DNA of 64,000 bases from a virus. The stretch is taken from positions 9,115-73,114 of the IMG/VR virus record IMGVR_UViG_3300006874_000013, one strand, 5' to 3'. Below are positions 48,188-57,305 of the stretch, piece after piece. The notes below the pieces were generated by a model that saw only the letters and a list, made by a program, of their open reading frames with translations, was not told where the DNA came from and made no database searches. Numbering within the stretch: position 1 is the first letter of the stretch; every line of letters starts with the position of its first letter. The position numbers and the translations under genes were made by a program.

Positions 48188-50635
48188 TTAATTATCGCCT
48201 GGACCCATTCCAAACATATTCTCATCAAAGTTATTAGTTTCTTCTTTTTCTTCAACCTCTTCAACCTCTGTTTCAGTTTTCTTCAAAAGGTTAGTGCCTA
48301 CAATTCTTGATGCTGTAACGTTTGTGGTAAACCTACCACCATTAAACGTACACACACTAGATATATATCTATATAGGCCGCTAAAGGTCCTGGATTCTCC
48401 GTCGTATTGCCAGTAGCCACTATTATATGCACTGTCCTCATCACGCCAGTCAATATCAAATTTTTCTGGTGCTTTGATTCTCAGTATAAAATGATTATCG
48501 TTGTGGTACCAGTCTGCACTTTCTTCATCGCTTCTTTCTATTCCAGGTGCACCTAAATACCAAGGATCTCCTCTGATTTCCATATCTAATCTAATTAAAA
48601 ATGATCTGTCTTGCATGTGTTGATCAACAAGATTTCCAAACAGAGTATTTCTCACACTGTTTGATTTGTATGTGGCTTCTTTGACTGGATTAGAAGAAAC
48701 ATTTGTGCTTTTGGTTTGAGGGTCACTTAGTGATTCGTCAACCTCAACTTTGGTAAATCCAAGTTCTGTTAATACATCAGATGATTGTGAACTGTCACTA
48801 GCCAATACCAAATCAGTGCTATAAATGTAAGGAGATTCATCTGGTTCATAACTGTCTACGGGCGTTACATTAATTACATTATCGTATCCCAACGAACCAG
48901 CAAGATCTGATGCAGTATTACTGTCTATGCCACCTATGAGATCATCTAAAGCATCATCGTCACCCGAAGTAAGTATAGCAGTAACCTCATCAAGATCGGC
49001 GCCTGTTAATTCTGATAATGTACTTAATGCTGTGTTAACCGAATCCAATCCCTCATCTATTTTATCTTTGATATCGTTGAAGAAAGATTTTATGCTGTCT
49101 AAGTCATTTTCTTTTTTGGCTTCTTTTTCTTTTTCAACTTCAGATTCAACTGTGGTTTCTTGATCTTGAGGAATAGTTGTACTAAGTTTGTTTGATTCCG
49201 CAACTGAAAAACTGCCTACGGAACCAAAACCTGGTGCTAACAGTAATGCCACACCAGCATCATATTTTATATCTAATGCAATAATTTGATCATTCAGTCC
49301 AGTAAAAATATAATTGTATGCTTTTTTAAGACCGCTTTCAGCAATTATTTGTTCTAGGCGTGACTGTGCCGAATCTGTTTTGAGATCTTGTTCATCTTCT
49401 TTAACTGCAATGTCAGTTCTAGAACTTTTATAAAGCACAGGTATATACTTGTATTTGTAAGCATACACTTTTCTTTTGCTGTCGTACCCAGTAGTTTCTG
49501 TTATTGCATTAAGCCTATACCAACTCACATAGGCTTGCTCCGGTTTAGAATCTGATCCTGGATCCTCAATATCATCTCTTCGTGTGATTTTTGTATAAAA
49601 CTCATCGTTCATGCTAAGTAATGTTGCAAAAAATTGATCTATGGTTGTTCCAATTGGAAATGTAATTTTGTCACCATCTATGATTTTTTCTGGTGAGCCA
49701 TCATTTTCAATTTTCTTGGTTTGAACAATAGCAGATTCACGTTCTATAGCATCAGCCACACTAGCAAGTTCATTCATTTGTCTGTTTATTCTTTCAGCAT
49801 CTTGTGTATCGGATGTTAGCAAGTCTTGATTTTTGATTGTGTAAAAATCGTCTTCTGCATCACCTTTGTTAATTAACTGTGATAAATCAAATTCATATTG
49901 GTCGGGTGTTTCACTATCAGACAACTCTTCGTAGTATTTGTTAAGTGCATCTTTTAGTACGTTTACATGGTCTTCTATGGTTTTGCCACTGGTTGATATT
50001 TCAATTGGCAATTTATATACGGAACGTCTAAATGCAAAACTCTGTAGTGATGCACAGATAAAGTCATATTTACTGCCACCATTGTCTATGGCTACAGTAA
50101 AGTTTCTAACTGCTAATTTGTATCTATATGGGCCTGATATTACCAGAGGGGAACCACCCTCATCTAATATTTCTGAACCACCTTCACTGGCAGTTGGTCC
50201 TGTGTATCCTTGAAACCTTATCTCCAAAAACAAGTTTGGATTGACATTTGGTTTCATGCCTAAATATTTCATTGCCAATTTCATTTCGTCTATGAATGTA
50301 GCAGAGCCTGGTTGCGTAATAGTAAATTTTACACCAACTGAATTTGGGCCATTGGCATTACTGAGATTAGTAATTTCAACATTATCTATGAGATTCCCGC
50401 CTACTACTCCTGTTTGTGCTAGTATAACCATGTCCCCTGGATTTTCAGGTGCAAGTGATGGATCAGGACTTGATAGTTCGTCTTTGGCGTCTTTGGTTAA
50501 TGTATCATTCATCATATAAAGACGAATGTTGTATGTTGGATTAGAAAAATAGTCTAAGACGTTTCCGTAAACCTTACCAACATAAGGATCGTTAAATTCA
50601 GGTATTCTTGCATTTGAACCGAGAAATCTAGCCAT
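48188..50635 (-). CDS. Putative baseplate hub protein (gp27-like)
   Basis: Position between gp53-like and gp5-like genes; LDMEIRGDPWYL and FSGLYRYISSVCTFNGGRFT C-terminal motifs. Confidence 0.6.
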   Translation of the reverse strand: MARFLGSNARIPEFNDPYVGKVYGNVLDYFSNPTYNIRLYMMNDTLTKDAKDELSSPDPSLAPENPGDMVILAQTGVVGGNLIDNVEITNLSNANGPNSVGVKFTITQPGSATFIDEMKLAMKYLGMKPNVNPNLFLEIRFQGYTGPTASEGGSEILDEGGSPLVISGPYRYKLAVRNFTVAIDNGGSKYDFICASLQSFAFRRSVYKLPIEISTSGKTIEDHVNVLKDALNKYYEELSDSETPDQYEFDLSQLINKGDAEDDFYTIKNQDLLTSDTQDAERINRQMNELASVADAIERESAIVQTKKIENDGSPEKIIDGDKITFPIGTTIDQFFATLLSMNDEFYTKITRRDDIEDPGSDSKPEQAYVSWYRLNAITETTGYDSKRKVYAYKYKYIPVLYKSSRTDIAVKEDEQDLKTDSAQSRLEQIIAESGLKKAYNYIFTGLNDQIIALDIKYDAGVALLLAPGFGSVGSFSVAESNKLSTTIPQDQETTVESEVEKEKEAKKENDLDSIKSFFNDIKDKIDEGLDSVNTALSTLSELTGADLDEVTAILTSGDDDALDDLIGGIDSNTASDLAGSLGYDNVINVTPVDSYEPDESPYIYSTDLVLASDSSQSSDVLTELGFTKVEVDESLSDPQTKSTNVSSNPVKEATYKSNSVRNTLFGNLVDQHMQDRSFLIRLDMEIRGDPWYLGAPGIERSDEESADWYHNDNHFILRIKAPEKFDIDWRDEDSAYNSGYWQYDGESRTFSGLYRYISSVCTFNGGRFTTNVTASRIVGTNLLKKTETEVEEVEEKEETNNFDENMFGMGPGDN

Positions 50636-50637
50636 TG

Positions 50638-50958
50638 TTAACCTTTCAAAGAATTCACAGAGCTCTTCGAAGGTAAAATTATTTTAGTGCCGGCCTTAAA
50701 GTCTCTGATTGGGTCTTTTAATATATCAGGATTTCTAAGTGAGAACACCCACCATAATCGTGAATTTTCGTATATAGCATAAGCCAATAGATCTGGGCGT
50801 TCATCGTACATGGGAGCAATTACATAACTCTCATCTTTCAGTGTGCTTTTAATTTTAGGCAATTCGTTAAGTCCTAAAAACTTATTATCAATAAGTTCAT
50901 CTTTACGAATAAAACTATCTCCACGATAAATTTGCTTGTTGTCTGCTGATTTAGCCAT
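50638..50958 (-). CDS. Baseplate wedge protein, gp53-like (LysM-like)
   Basis: YDERPDLLAYAIYENSRLWWVFSLRN. Confidence 0.8.
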   Translation of the reverse strand: MAKSADNKQIYRGDSFIRKDELIDNKFLGLNELPKIKSTLKDESYVIAPMYDERPDLLAYAIYENSRLWWVFSLRNPDILKDPIRDFKAGTKIILPSKSSVNSLKG

Positions 50959-51878
50959 TAAATAAATCCTGGTAATGTGCCGTTGGCAACATTGTGTATA
51001 CTAAAGTTCCTTCTCACTCTGTGAGGTGTGTATGCTGTTGATAAGTTAAGCATGATGTTTGAACGCGAAGGCACATAGGTCACTTTATCACCAAAGGTAA
51101 CTGGTACATAGTCAACATCATCTGGATACTGAATAGTGTAGTTTGAAATAACTACTGGTATTTTATTAAATCCATATTCGCCCATATATTCAAATAACAA
51201 TACCGGAGGTGGCGTACCATAATCTTTATCAACCACTGCTCTATCACCATAATAACCTTTTGTTGCAATTTTTATAAATGTGTAAACTGCTAAAAGATAT
51301 CTTGCTTCATAATTATTAGTAGCATAGAAGTCTGCCGCAACTGGCAATTCAGGTGGTACACTTTTGTTAAATGTTTGAACAGGATAATTCATACCTTGTT
51401 CTTGGTGAGTTTCATACTCTGCTGTACCTGATAAGAATATCTGTGGCGTTGTCTGCCATACTAAACCGCCCGAGTCTTGTATGGGTTGCATTAAATATTG
51501 GTCTGCACCTAATGCATTGTAAAATGTTTCTTCGCCACCTTTTTTTGGACGCAGTCTTGCTCTCCAGTCATAGTTTTCCATGTGAGGCTGACCAGTGTCT
51601 AGTGTTAACTCATCAGTAGATGCTGTATTAATAAAACTTTTCTTCTCTTCAAGGGATTCTGCTAACTTTTGTGCAATAACCGTATCAAATGATGAGCTAC
51701 CATAATCGGCCTGGGTTCCACCAAAGCCAGGAAAAACTTTACCTAGCAATCCACCGGCTATATCACCAAGCAGTGGATTCTTATTTCTAAGTTTGTCAAT
51801 ACCTTTGGCCGCGGCTTGGTTAAGCACATTATCAATTGCTGTGGTAGTACTTGTAAAATCTTCTGGTCCTAGTGCCAT
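50958..51878 (-). CDS. Tail tube initiator / baseplate-tube cap (gp48/gp54-like)
   Basis: GTPPPVLLFEYMGEYGFNKIPVVISNYTIQYPDDVDY. Start reassigned to ATG 51878 (AGGAG RBS). Confidence 0.65.
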   Translation of the reverse strand: MALGPEDFTSTTTAIDNVLNQAAAKGIDKLRNKNPLLGDIAGGLLGKVFPGFGGTQADYGSSSFDTVIAQKLAESLEEKKSFINTASTDELTLDTGQPHMENYDWRARLRPKKGGEETFYNALGADQYLMQPIQDSGGLVWQTTPQIFLSGTAEYETHQEQGMNYPVQTFNKSVPPELPVAADFYATNNYEARYLLAVYTFIKIATKGYYGDRAVVDKDYGTPPPVLLFEYMGEYGFNKIPVVISNYTIQYPDDVDYVPVTFGDKVTYVPSRSNIMLNLSTAYTPHRVRRNFSIHNVANGTLPGFI

Positions 51879-51895
51879 GGTTTCTCCTATAGTTG

Positions 51896-51927
51896 TATTT
51901 ATCGAAATAGTTAAAACTAGTGTTAAT
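51896..51927 (-). promoter_or_regulatory. Late promoter GATAAATA with upstream near-palindrome ATTAACACTAGTTTTAAC
   Basis: Same architecture and 6-nt spacer as 44786-44817. Confidence 0.7.
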
Positions 51928-51950
51928 AGCCACATTTAGTACATTTTAGG

Positions 51951-51979
51951 TTGACATAAAGGTATATATATTATATACT
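51951..51979 (+). promoter_or_regulatory. Sigma70-type promoter of the gp55-gp47-gp46 operon
   Basis: TTGACA-17 nt-TATACT; AGGAG RBS before ATG 52012. Confidence 0.85.
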
Positions 51980-52011
51980 GTTTGTTAAATTAATCTATTA
52001 TAGGAGACTCA

Positions 52012-52893
52012 ATGGCAGTCGCAAAGAAAACAAATTACCTAAACAACAAAGACATATTAAAAGAAATACACAAAAGCAAAATGAGTTTTTGTTGGTTAAC
52101 TGACGAGCAATACAGCATCTATGATATCATTTTAGATGATGTCAGCGAAATTAATTCTAACACATTGCTGGCCGCAAAAGAAAACAAGGCCGCTAGATTA
52201 CAAAGTGAAGCCTATGCTGAAGCAATGAGTACACATGACAAGAAAAATTATCGAAATAAACCAAAGCAAAAAGACTTTGCTGTAGATATAGAGACCATAG
52301 GAGATGACGAAGTTGTGTTTCGCATCATGACTTACGATCACATTCCTGAAGAAGAAGGTCGTAAAAAGAATCCAAAAACAGTAGCAGACACAAAAGCAAA
52401 AGTAAACTTCCCTCCATTTCAGCATTATGCGTATGTAGGTAAGCAACTTAAAGAAGTAGCAAGAAGCCATTGGAAGGGCGATATTGCTACTGGCACGTTT
52501 GATGCAAAACACGGACAGATCACAAATAAACTAGGAACTATGTTCTTAAAACTAGTAGAACGTTACAGTCATAGAGCAAACTGGCGTGGCTACACTTATG
52601 TAGACGAAATGCGTGGACAAGCATTAGTCCAACTAAGCCAAGTGGGCCTTCAGTTTAACGAAGCAAAATCTGATAATCCTTTTGCTTACTATACTGCGGC
52701 AGTGAACAACAGTTTTACCAGAGTTCTAAACTTAGAAAAGAGAAATCAAACTATCAGAGATGATATCCTTATTGAGCAAGGTCACTTACCAAGTTTCAGC
52801 AGACAAATTGCACACGAAGATGAAATGAAAAGGTTACGTGAAAGTGCTGAAAAAGAACCCACAAATTCAGACACAGAGGCATTCGATTACTAA
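52012..52893 (+). CDS. gp55: Late-transcription sigma factor, T4 gp55-like, with N-terminal insertion
   Basis: NYLNNKDILKEI...NWRGYTYVDEM...FNEAKSDNPFAYYT...FTRVLNLEKRNQ; synteny with gp47/gp46. Confidence 0.88.
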   Translation: MAVAKKTNYLNNKDILKEIHKSKMSFCWLTDEQYSIYDIILDDVSEINSNTLLAAKENKAARLQSEAYAEAMSTHDKKNYRNKPKQKDFAVDIETIGDDEVVFRIMTYDHIPEEEGRKKNPKTVADTKAKVNFPPFQHYAYVGKQLKEVARSHWKGDIATGTFDAKHGQITNKLGTMFLKLVERYSHRANWRGYTYVDEMRGQALVQLSQVGLQFNEAKSDNPFAYYTAAVNNSFTRVLNLEKRNQTIRDDILIEQGHLPSFSRQIAHEDEMKRLRESAEKEPTNSDTEAFDY

Positions 52894-53909
52894 TGAGTTC
52901 GCTGTTTAAGACAGCGGCTTGCTTTACAGATATACACTACGGATTAAAGCAAAACAGCCGCTTACATTTAGACGACTGTCATAGATATATTGACTGGTTC
53001 ATTGCAGAAGCAAAAGCAAGGAATGCAGAAACCTGCATATTCCTCGGAGACTGGAGTCATCATAGAGCAAGTGTAAATGTTGCTACACTGAATGCTTCAA
53101 TTCAAGATCTAAAAAAACTTAATGACGCATTTGAAAAAGTGTATTTCATTACAGGTAATCACGATTTGTATTACAGAGATAAACGTGAACTAAACAGCAT
53201 TGAGTATGCCAGAGACCTTTCTAACTTTGTTATGGTCGATGACATGTTCCTTGAAGATGACGTTGCTATTGTACCGTGGCTTGTAGGCGACGATTACAAA
53301 ACTGTAGCAAAAATGAAATGCAAATACATGTTTGGGCATTTCGAATTACCGTACTTCAAAATGAATGCAATGGTAGAAATGCCAGACCATGGTGGCATCA
53401 ATGACACAATGTTAAGTGGTCCTGAGTATGTGTTCAGTGGACACTTCCACAAACGTCAATACAAAAACAACATACACTACATTGGCAATGCTTTCCCACA
53501 TAATTATGCAGACGTTTCAGATGATGAACGTGGTGCTATGTTTTTAACATGGGGCGAAGAACCTGTGTATGTGAATTGGGGTGAATGTCCTAAGTATAGA
53601 GTTTTTACACTTAAACAATTACTTGATGATCATGAAAATCTACTTGACAACTATACGTATGCTCGTGTAAAATTAGATATAAGCATTAGTTACGAAGAAG
53701 CAACTTTTATTAAAGAAAAGTTTGCTGAACAATATAATGTTAGAGAATTACAATTACTGCCTATCAAAGAAGAAGAAAACGAGTTTGAAGGTGGCGAGAT
53801 TAAATTTGAAAGTGTTGATCAGATTGTTATTAATCAATTAGAAACAATCGAAAGTAACACAGTGGACAAACAAAAACTTATTGATATCTATAACGGTTTA
53901 GAAATATAG
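52893..53909 (+). CDS. gp47: Recombination nuclease subunit (Mre11/SbcD-like)
   Basis: Metallophosphoesterase motifs DIHYG, GDWSH, GNHD, GHFE, SGHFH. Confidence 0.93.
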   Translation: MSSLFKTAACFTDIHYGLKQNSRLHLDDCHRYIDWFIAEAKARNAETCIFLGDWSHHRASVNVATLNASIQDLKKLNDAFEKVYFITGNHDLYYRDKRELNSIEYARDLSNFVMVDDMFLEDDVAIVPWLVGDDYKTVAKMKCKYMFGHFELPYFKMNAMVEMPDHGGINDTMLSGPEYVFSGHFHKRQYKNNIHYIGNAFPHNYADVSDDERGAMFLTWGEEPVYVNWGECPKYRVFTLKQLLDDHENLLDNYTYARVKLDISISYEEATFIKEKFAEQYNVRELQLLPIKEEENEFEGGEIKFESVDQIVINQLETIESNTVDKQKLIDIYNGLEI

Positions 53910-53910
53910 T

Positions 53911-55680
53911 ATGCTGAAAATTAAAAATGTGAGTGCCAAAAACTTTATGAGTATTGGCGCACAGACGCAGGCAGTTAATTTTGGAGATTGCCAACTTACA
54001 TTAGTTTTAGGACATAATTTGGACTTGGGTGGTGACGGTAGCAGAAATGGTACTGGTAAAACCACTATCATTAATGCACTCAGTTATGCACTGTATGGCG
54101 ATGCTCTCACAAACATTCGCAAAGACAATCTCATAAACAAAACAAACGGTAAGCAAATGATTGTTACTGTTGACTTTGAAATTGACGACGTGTCATATAG
54201 AATTGAACGTGGGCGTAGACCTAACACACTGAAGTTTTTTGTTGACGGGACTGAACCTGGTGATGGTGAACAACAAGGCGATAGCAGAGAAACACAAAAA
54301 GAAATTGAAAAAGTAATTGGCTTCCCACATGAAATGTTCAAGCAACTTATTGCACTGAACACTTACACGGAACCTTTCCTCAGTCTCAAAGCAAACGATC
54401 AACGTGCAATGATTGAGCAACTGCTTGGTATCACAGAGTTGTCGCAAAAAGCAGAATTACTTAAAGAGTTATTAAAGCAAACAAAAGACAATATTAAAGA
54501 AGAAGAAATTAAAATTACTGCTATCAAGAACAGCAACGAAAGAATAGAAAAAAATATTACAGAGATCGAAAGTCGCAGTAGAGCATGGGATAAAACACAT
54601 CAAGATAAAGTTGTAGATCTTAAAAATGTTGTTGAAACTATGCAAGAAATTGACATTGATGTTGAACTAGAAAAACACAAACACAATGCAGAAGTTAAAG
54701 AACAAACTGATTCGTTAAAAACATTAGAAAACGAATTGGAAAGAAACAGCACATCTCTTACTCGCAGTAATAAAAAAATACAAGAACTAAAAGATAATAT
54801 TGTAAAAGCAGAAGAAGGTGTATGTCCTGCATGTGAACAAAGTACAGCACACTTAGATACACACGAAGAATACACACAAGATTTACGTGACAAGTTAGAA
54901 GCAGAAAACGAATACAATGCTGAAGTAGAATCACGAAGTAACGAACTTAGTGATGCTATAAAAACATTTGACAAGATAGGGCAAGAAGAAGACACATTCT
55001 ATAACACATTAGAAAGTGCATTAGAGCACAAACACAATTACGAAAACTTAATTACACAACTTGAAGAAAAACTTGCTGACGTCAATCCGTACATAGAGCA
55101 AATAGAATCTCTCAAAGAATCTGGTTTGCAAGAGATTAGTTTTGACAATATAAACGAGTTAACGTTCTTAAAAGAGCATCAAGAATTCTTGTATCAATTG
55201 CTTACAAGCAAGGACAGTTTCATACGTAAACGTATTATTGATCAGAACATAGCATACTTAAATCACCGTTTAGCATGGTACTTGGACAAGATAGGATTGC
55301 CACATGATGTGAGATTTGCAAGTGATTTAGGCGTTGAAATTACAGAATACGGGCGTGACTTAGACTTTGATAATCTAAGCAGAGGCGAACGTAATCGACT
55401 TATTTTGAGCCTAAGTTGGGCATTTAGAGACATATATGAGAGTCTAAATAGGCCTATGAATTTGCTGTGTATTGACGAATTAATAGACAGCGGCATGGAT
55501 TCTATGGGTGTAGAGAACAGTCTTGCTATACTTAAAAAAATGAACAGAGAGCAAGGTAAAAACATCATGTTGATCTCGCACAAAGAAGAACTAGTTGGTC
55601 GTGTAAACAATGTACTCACAGTAATCAAGGAAGGCGGATTTACATCATACAACACGGACACAGAGTATGTCGACCAGTGA
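53911..55680 (+). CDS. gp46: Recombination ATPase subunit (Rad50/SbcC-like)
   Basis: Walker A NGTGKTT, coiled coil with CPAC zinc hook, LSRGE signature, Walker B LCIDE, ISH. Confidence 0.95.
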   Translation: MLKIKNVSAKNFMSIGAQTQAVNFGDCQLTLVLGHNLDLGGDGSRNGTGKTTIINALSYALYGDALTNIRKDNLINKTNGKQMIVTVDFEIDDVSYRIERGRRPNTLKFFVDGTEPGDGEQQGDSRETQKEIEKVIGFPHEMFKQLIALNTYTEPFLSLKANDQRAMIEQLLGITELSQKAELLKELLKQTKDNIKEEEIKITAIKNSNERIEKNITEIESRSRAWDKTHQDKVVDLKNVVETMQEIDIDVELEKHKHNAEVKEQTDSLKTLENELERNSTSLTRSNKKIQELKDNIVKAEEGVCPACEQSTAHLDTHEEYTQDLRDKLEAENEYNAEVESRSNELSDAIKTFDKIGQEEDTFYNTLESALEHKHNYENLITQLEEKLADVNPYIEQIESLKESGLQEISFDNINELTFLKEHQEFLYQLLTSKDSFIRKRIIDQNIAYLNHRLAWYLDKIGLPHDVRFASDLGVEITEYGRDLDFDNLSRGERNRLILSLSWAFRDIYESLNRPMNLLCIDELIDSGMDSMGVENSLAILKKMNREQGKNIMLISHKEELVGRVNNVLTVIKEGGFTSYNTDTEYVDQ

Positions 55681-56341
55681 GTTTAGACAGGCTCCAACTA
55701 GTCCAAGACTAACCATTTATTTTGACGACAATCATAACGGTGATGGATTAGCAACACTCGAAGATTACAAAGCAATATTCAATAAGCATTTTTTAGGAAC
55801 ACAATTTCAAAATGTCATGGAATGGTGTTGTGGTCCTGCATTTGTAGGGTTTACATTTTTAGCAGAAGGTATTTTTAGAAACTTAACTTGTGCTGACATT
55901 GAAGCAGATGTAGAACGCAGTATAAATGAAACATTAAAACACAAGCAAAATTACAATCACAGAGTGAGTTTTATTCAAAGCGATTGCTTTGATAATATAG
56001 AACAGAAGTTTGATCTAATAGTAGGTAATCCCCCTCACTTTATAGATGACAGTTCCGGTGAATATCAAACCTTTTTAGATAGGAATATTGATCACAAAAC
56101 TAAATATGATTGCGAACGAACAGCAATCGACTGGGACTGGCAATCACATAAAAAATTCTTTCAGCAAGTACGGCAACACCTCAATCCAGGCGGATATGTA
56201 ATACTTAATGAAAATGCACAAGGTGCAACCGAAGAAACATTTGAACAAATGATTGCTGATTCTGGTTTGCAAAAACATGCGGTTTATCGTAGCAAGAATC
56301 CTTCTAGACCATTTTACTGGTACATGATATTGAAGGGCTGA
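55667..56341 (+). CDS. Class I SAM-dependent methyltransferase (HemK/MTS-like)
   Basis: Motif I MEWCCGPAFVG, ADIE, SDCF, FDLIVGNPPHF, HLNPGG. Confidence 0.8.
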   Translation: MSTSEFRQAPTSPRLTIYFDDNHNGDGLATLEDYKAIFNKHFLGTQFQNVMEWCCGPAFVGFTFLAEGIFRNLTCADIEADVERSINETLKHKQNYNHRVSFIQSDCFDNIEQKFDLIVGNPPHFIDDSSGEYQTFLDRNIDHKTKYDCERTAIDWDWQSHKKFFQQVRQHLNPGGYVILNENAQGATEETFEQMIADSGLQKHAVYRSKNPSRPFYWYMILKG

Positions 56342-56352
56342 TAAATCAATGT

Positions 56353-56778
56353 ATGTCTTATTGGATCTATAAAGGAAAACAAATTGACGAGCTACCAGAA
56401 GGGTGCGAAGCATTTGTATACTTGATCACAAACAAGAAAAATGGCAAAAAATACATAGGCAAAAAACTAGCAAAATTCAAAACCACTAAACCACCACTTA
56501 AAGGCAAAAAAAGAAAACGCAAAGGCACCAAAGAAAGTGATTGGCGAGAATACTGGGGCAGTTCAGATCATCTCAAAGCAGATGTAGAAAAGTATGGCGA
56601 AGAAAATTTTATTCGTGAAATACTGCATGTTTGTCCAAGTAGAGGTGTAGCCAGTTACTTAGAAGCACAGGAACAATTTGAACGCAAGGTATTGCTCACT
56701 GATGATTACTATAATGGAATTATCAACGTAAGAGTAGGAGGTTCAAAAATCTTACGTGAAGCACTGAACAAGGACTAA
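56353..56778 (+). CDS. GIY-YIG family nuclease (141 aa, single domain)
   Basis: AFVYLITNKKNGKKYIGKK...YWGSS...FIREIL...YLEAQEQF...YYN. Confidence 0.8.
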   Translation: MSYWIYKGKQIDELPEGCEAFVYLITNKKNGKKYIGKKLAKFKTTKPPLKGKKRKRKGTKESDWREYWGSSDHLKADVEKYGEENFIREILHVCPSRGVASYLEAQEQFERKVLLTDDYYNGIINVRVGGSKILREALNKD

Positions 56779-57282
56779 CTATAACTTGCAGGCACACATG
56801 GCATTCACAGACACCAAGTCTTTCACATAATTTATAAACAGCACACAAGGTTAGCAGGCCGGATAGTAATACTGCTGTGGAAAAAGTATCCGAAAAGTAG
56901 GAACACACGCAACACATTGAGACACACCCATGGTGTTAAGTATTGATGTAGATTGAATGCTGTCAATCAAGAACCACATAGCTCTTAAAAACTGTAACGA
57001 GTAGGAACGAGGTTACAGGTAATACACTGAATGTATTTTATAATACACTTAATGTATGATGTCGACGTAGGTTGGGAAAGGTCAGAGCCCATAGAGCAGT
57101 GAAAACACCTACTTCCAAGTCAGGCCGACGCGACTCACGTGAAGCCAATTTTTTTTTGATGGAACCGTAACAGGTTCCGTCTGACCTCAACATCTACGTG
57201 AAACTGAAATGTTCTTTCTTCGAAAGAAATTTCGAACAAATGAATGAGTGAAGTGAAACGAACGAATGAATGCAGTTAGAAA
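56779..57282 (+). ncRNA. Candidate large structured non-coding RNA (family not recognised; boundaries and strand approximate)
   Basis: No credible ORF in a gene-dense genome; about ten predicted stems and an 8-bp loop/distal pseudoknot pairing found by eye. Confidence 0.55.
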
Positions 57283-57298
57283 AGGCCTTACAGGCCTA
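57280..57298 (-). terminator. Probable terminator of the gp26-like transcript
   Basis: Minus strand AGGCCT-gta-AGGCCT-TTT just after the stop at 57306. Confidence 0.5.
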
Positions 57299-57305
57299 AT
57301 AAGTA

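Noticed and set aside
3090-50519. Many plus-strand ORFs of 60-230 aa antisense to the structural genes (and minus-strand ORFs inside gp55, gp46, tape measure and portal)
   Set aside because: Shadow ORFs arising from codon bias of the real genes; fully nested, with no RBS or motifs.
56353-56778. GIY-YIG ORF as a mobile Seg-type homing endonuclease
   Set aside because: Only 141 aa with no evident C-terminal NUMOD/HTH DNA-binding modules, so mobility is unsupported.
57021-57057. AATACACT(G/T)AATGTAT direct repeat as a mini-CRISPR
   Set aside because: Only two 16-nt copies 5 nt apart and no cas genes; better explained as a hairpin.
56779-57305. Group I/II intron, RNase P, tmRNA or tRNA identity for the structured region
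   Set aside because: No recognisable group I P7/R-S elements, group II domain V, RNase P GAGGAAAGUCC or tRNA-like ends were seen, and no gene is interrupted (the flanking genes are convergent and complete).
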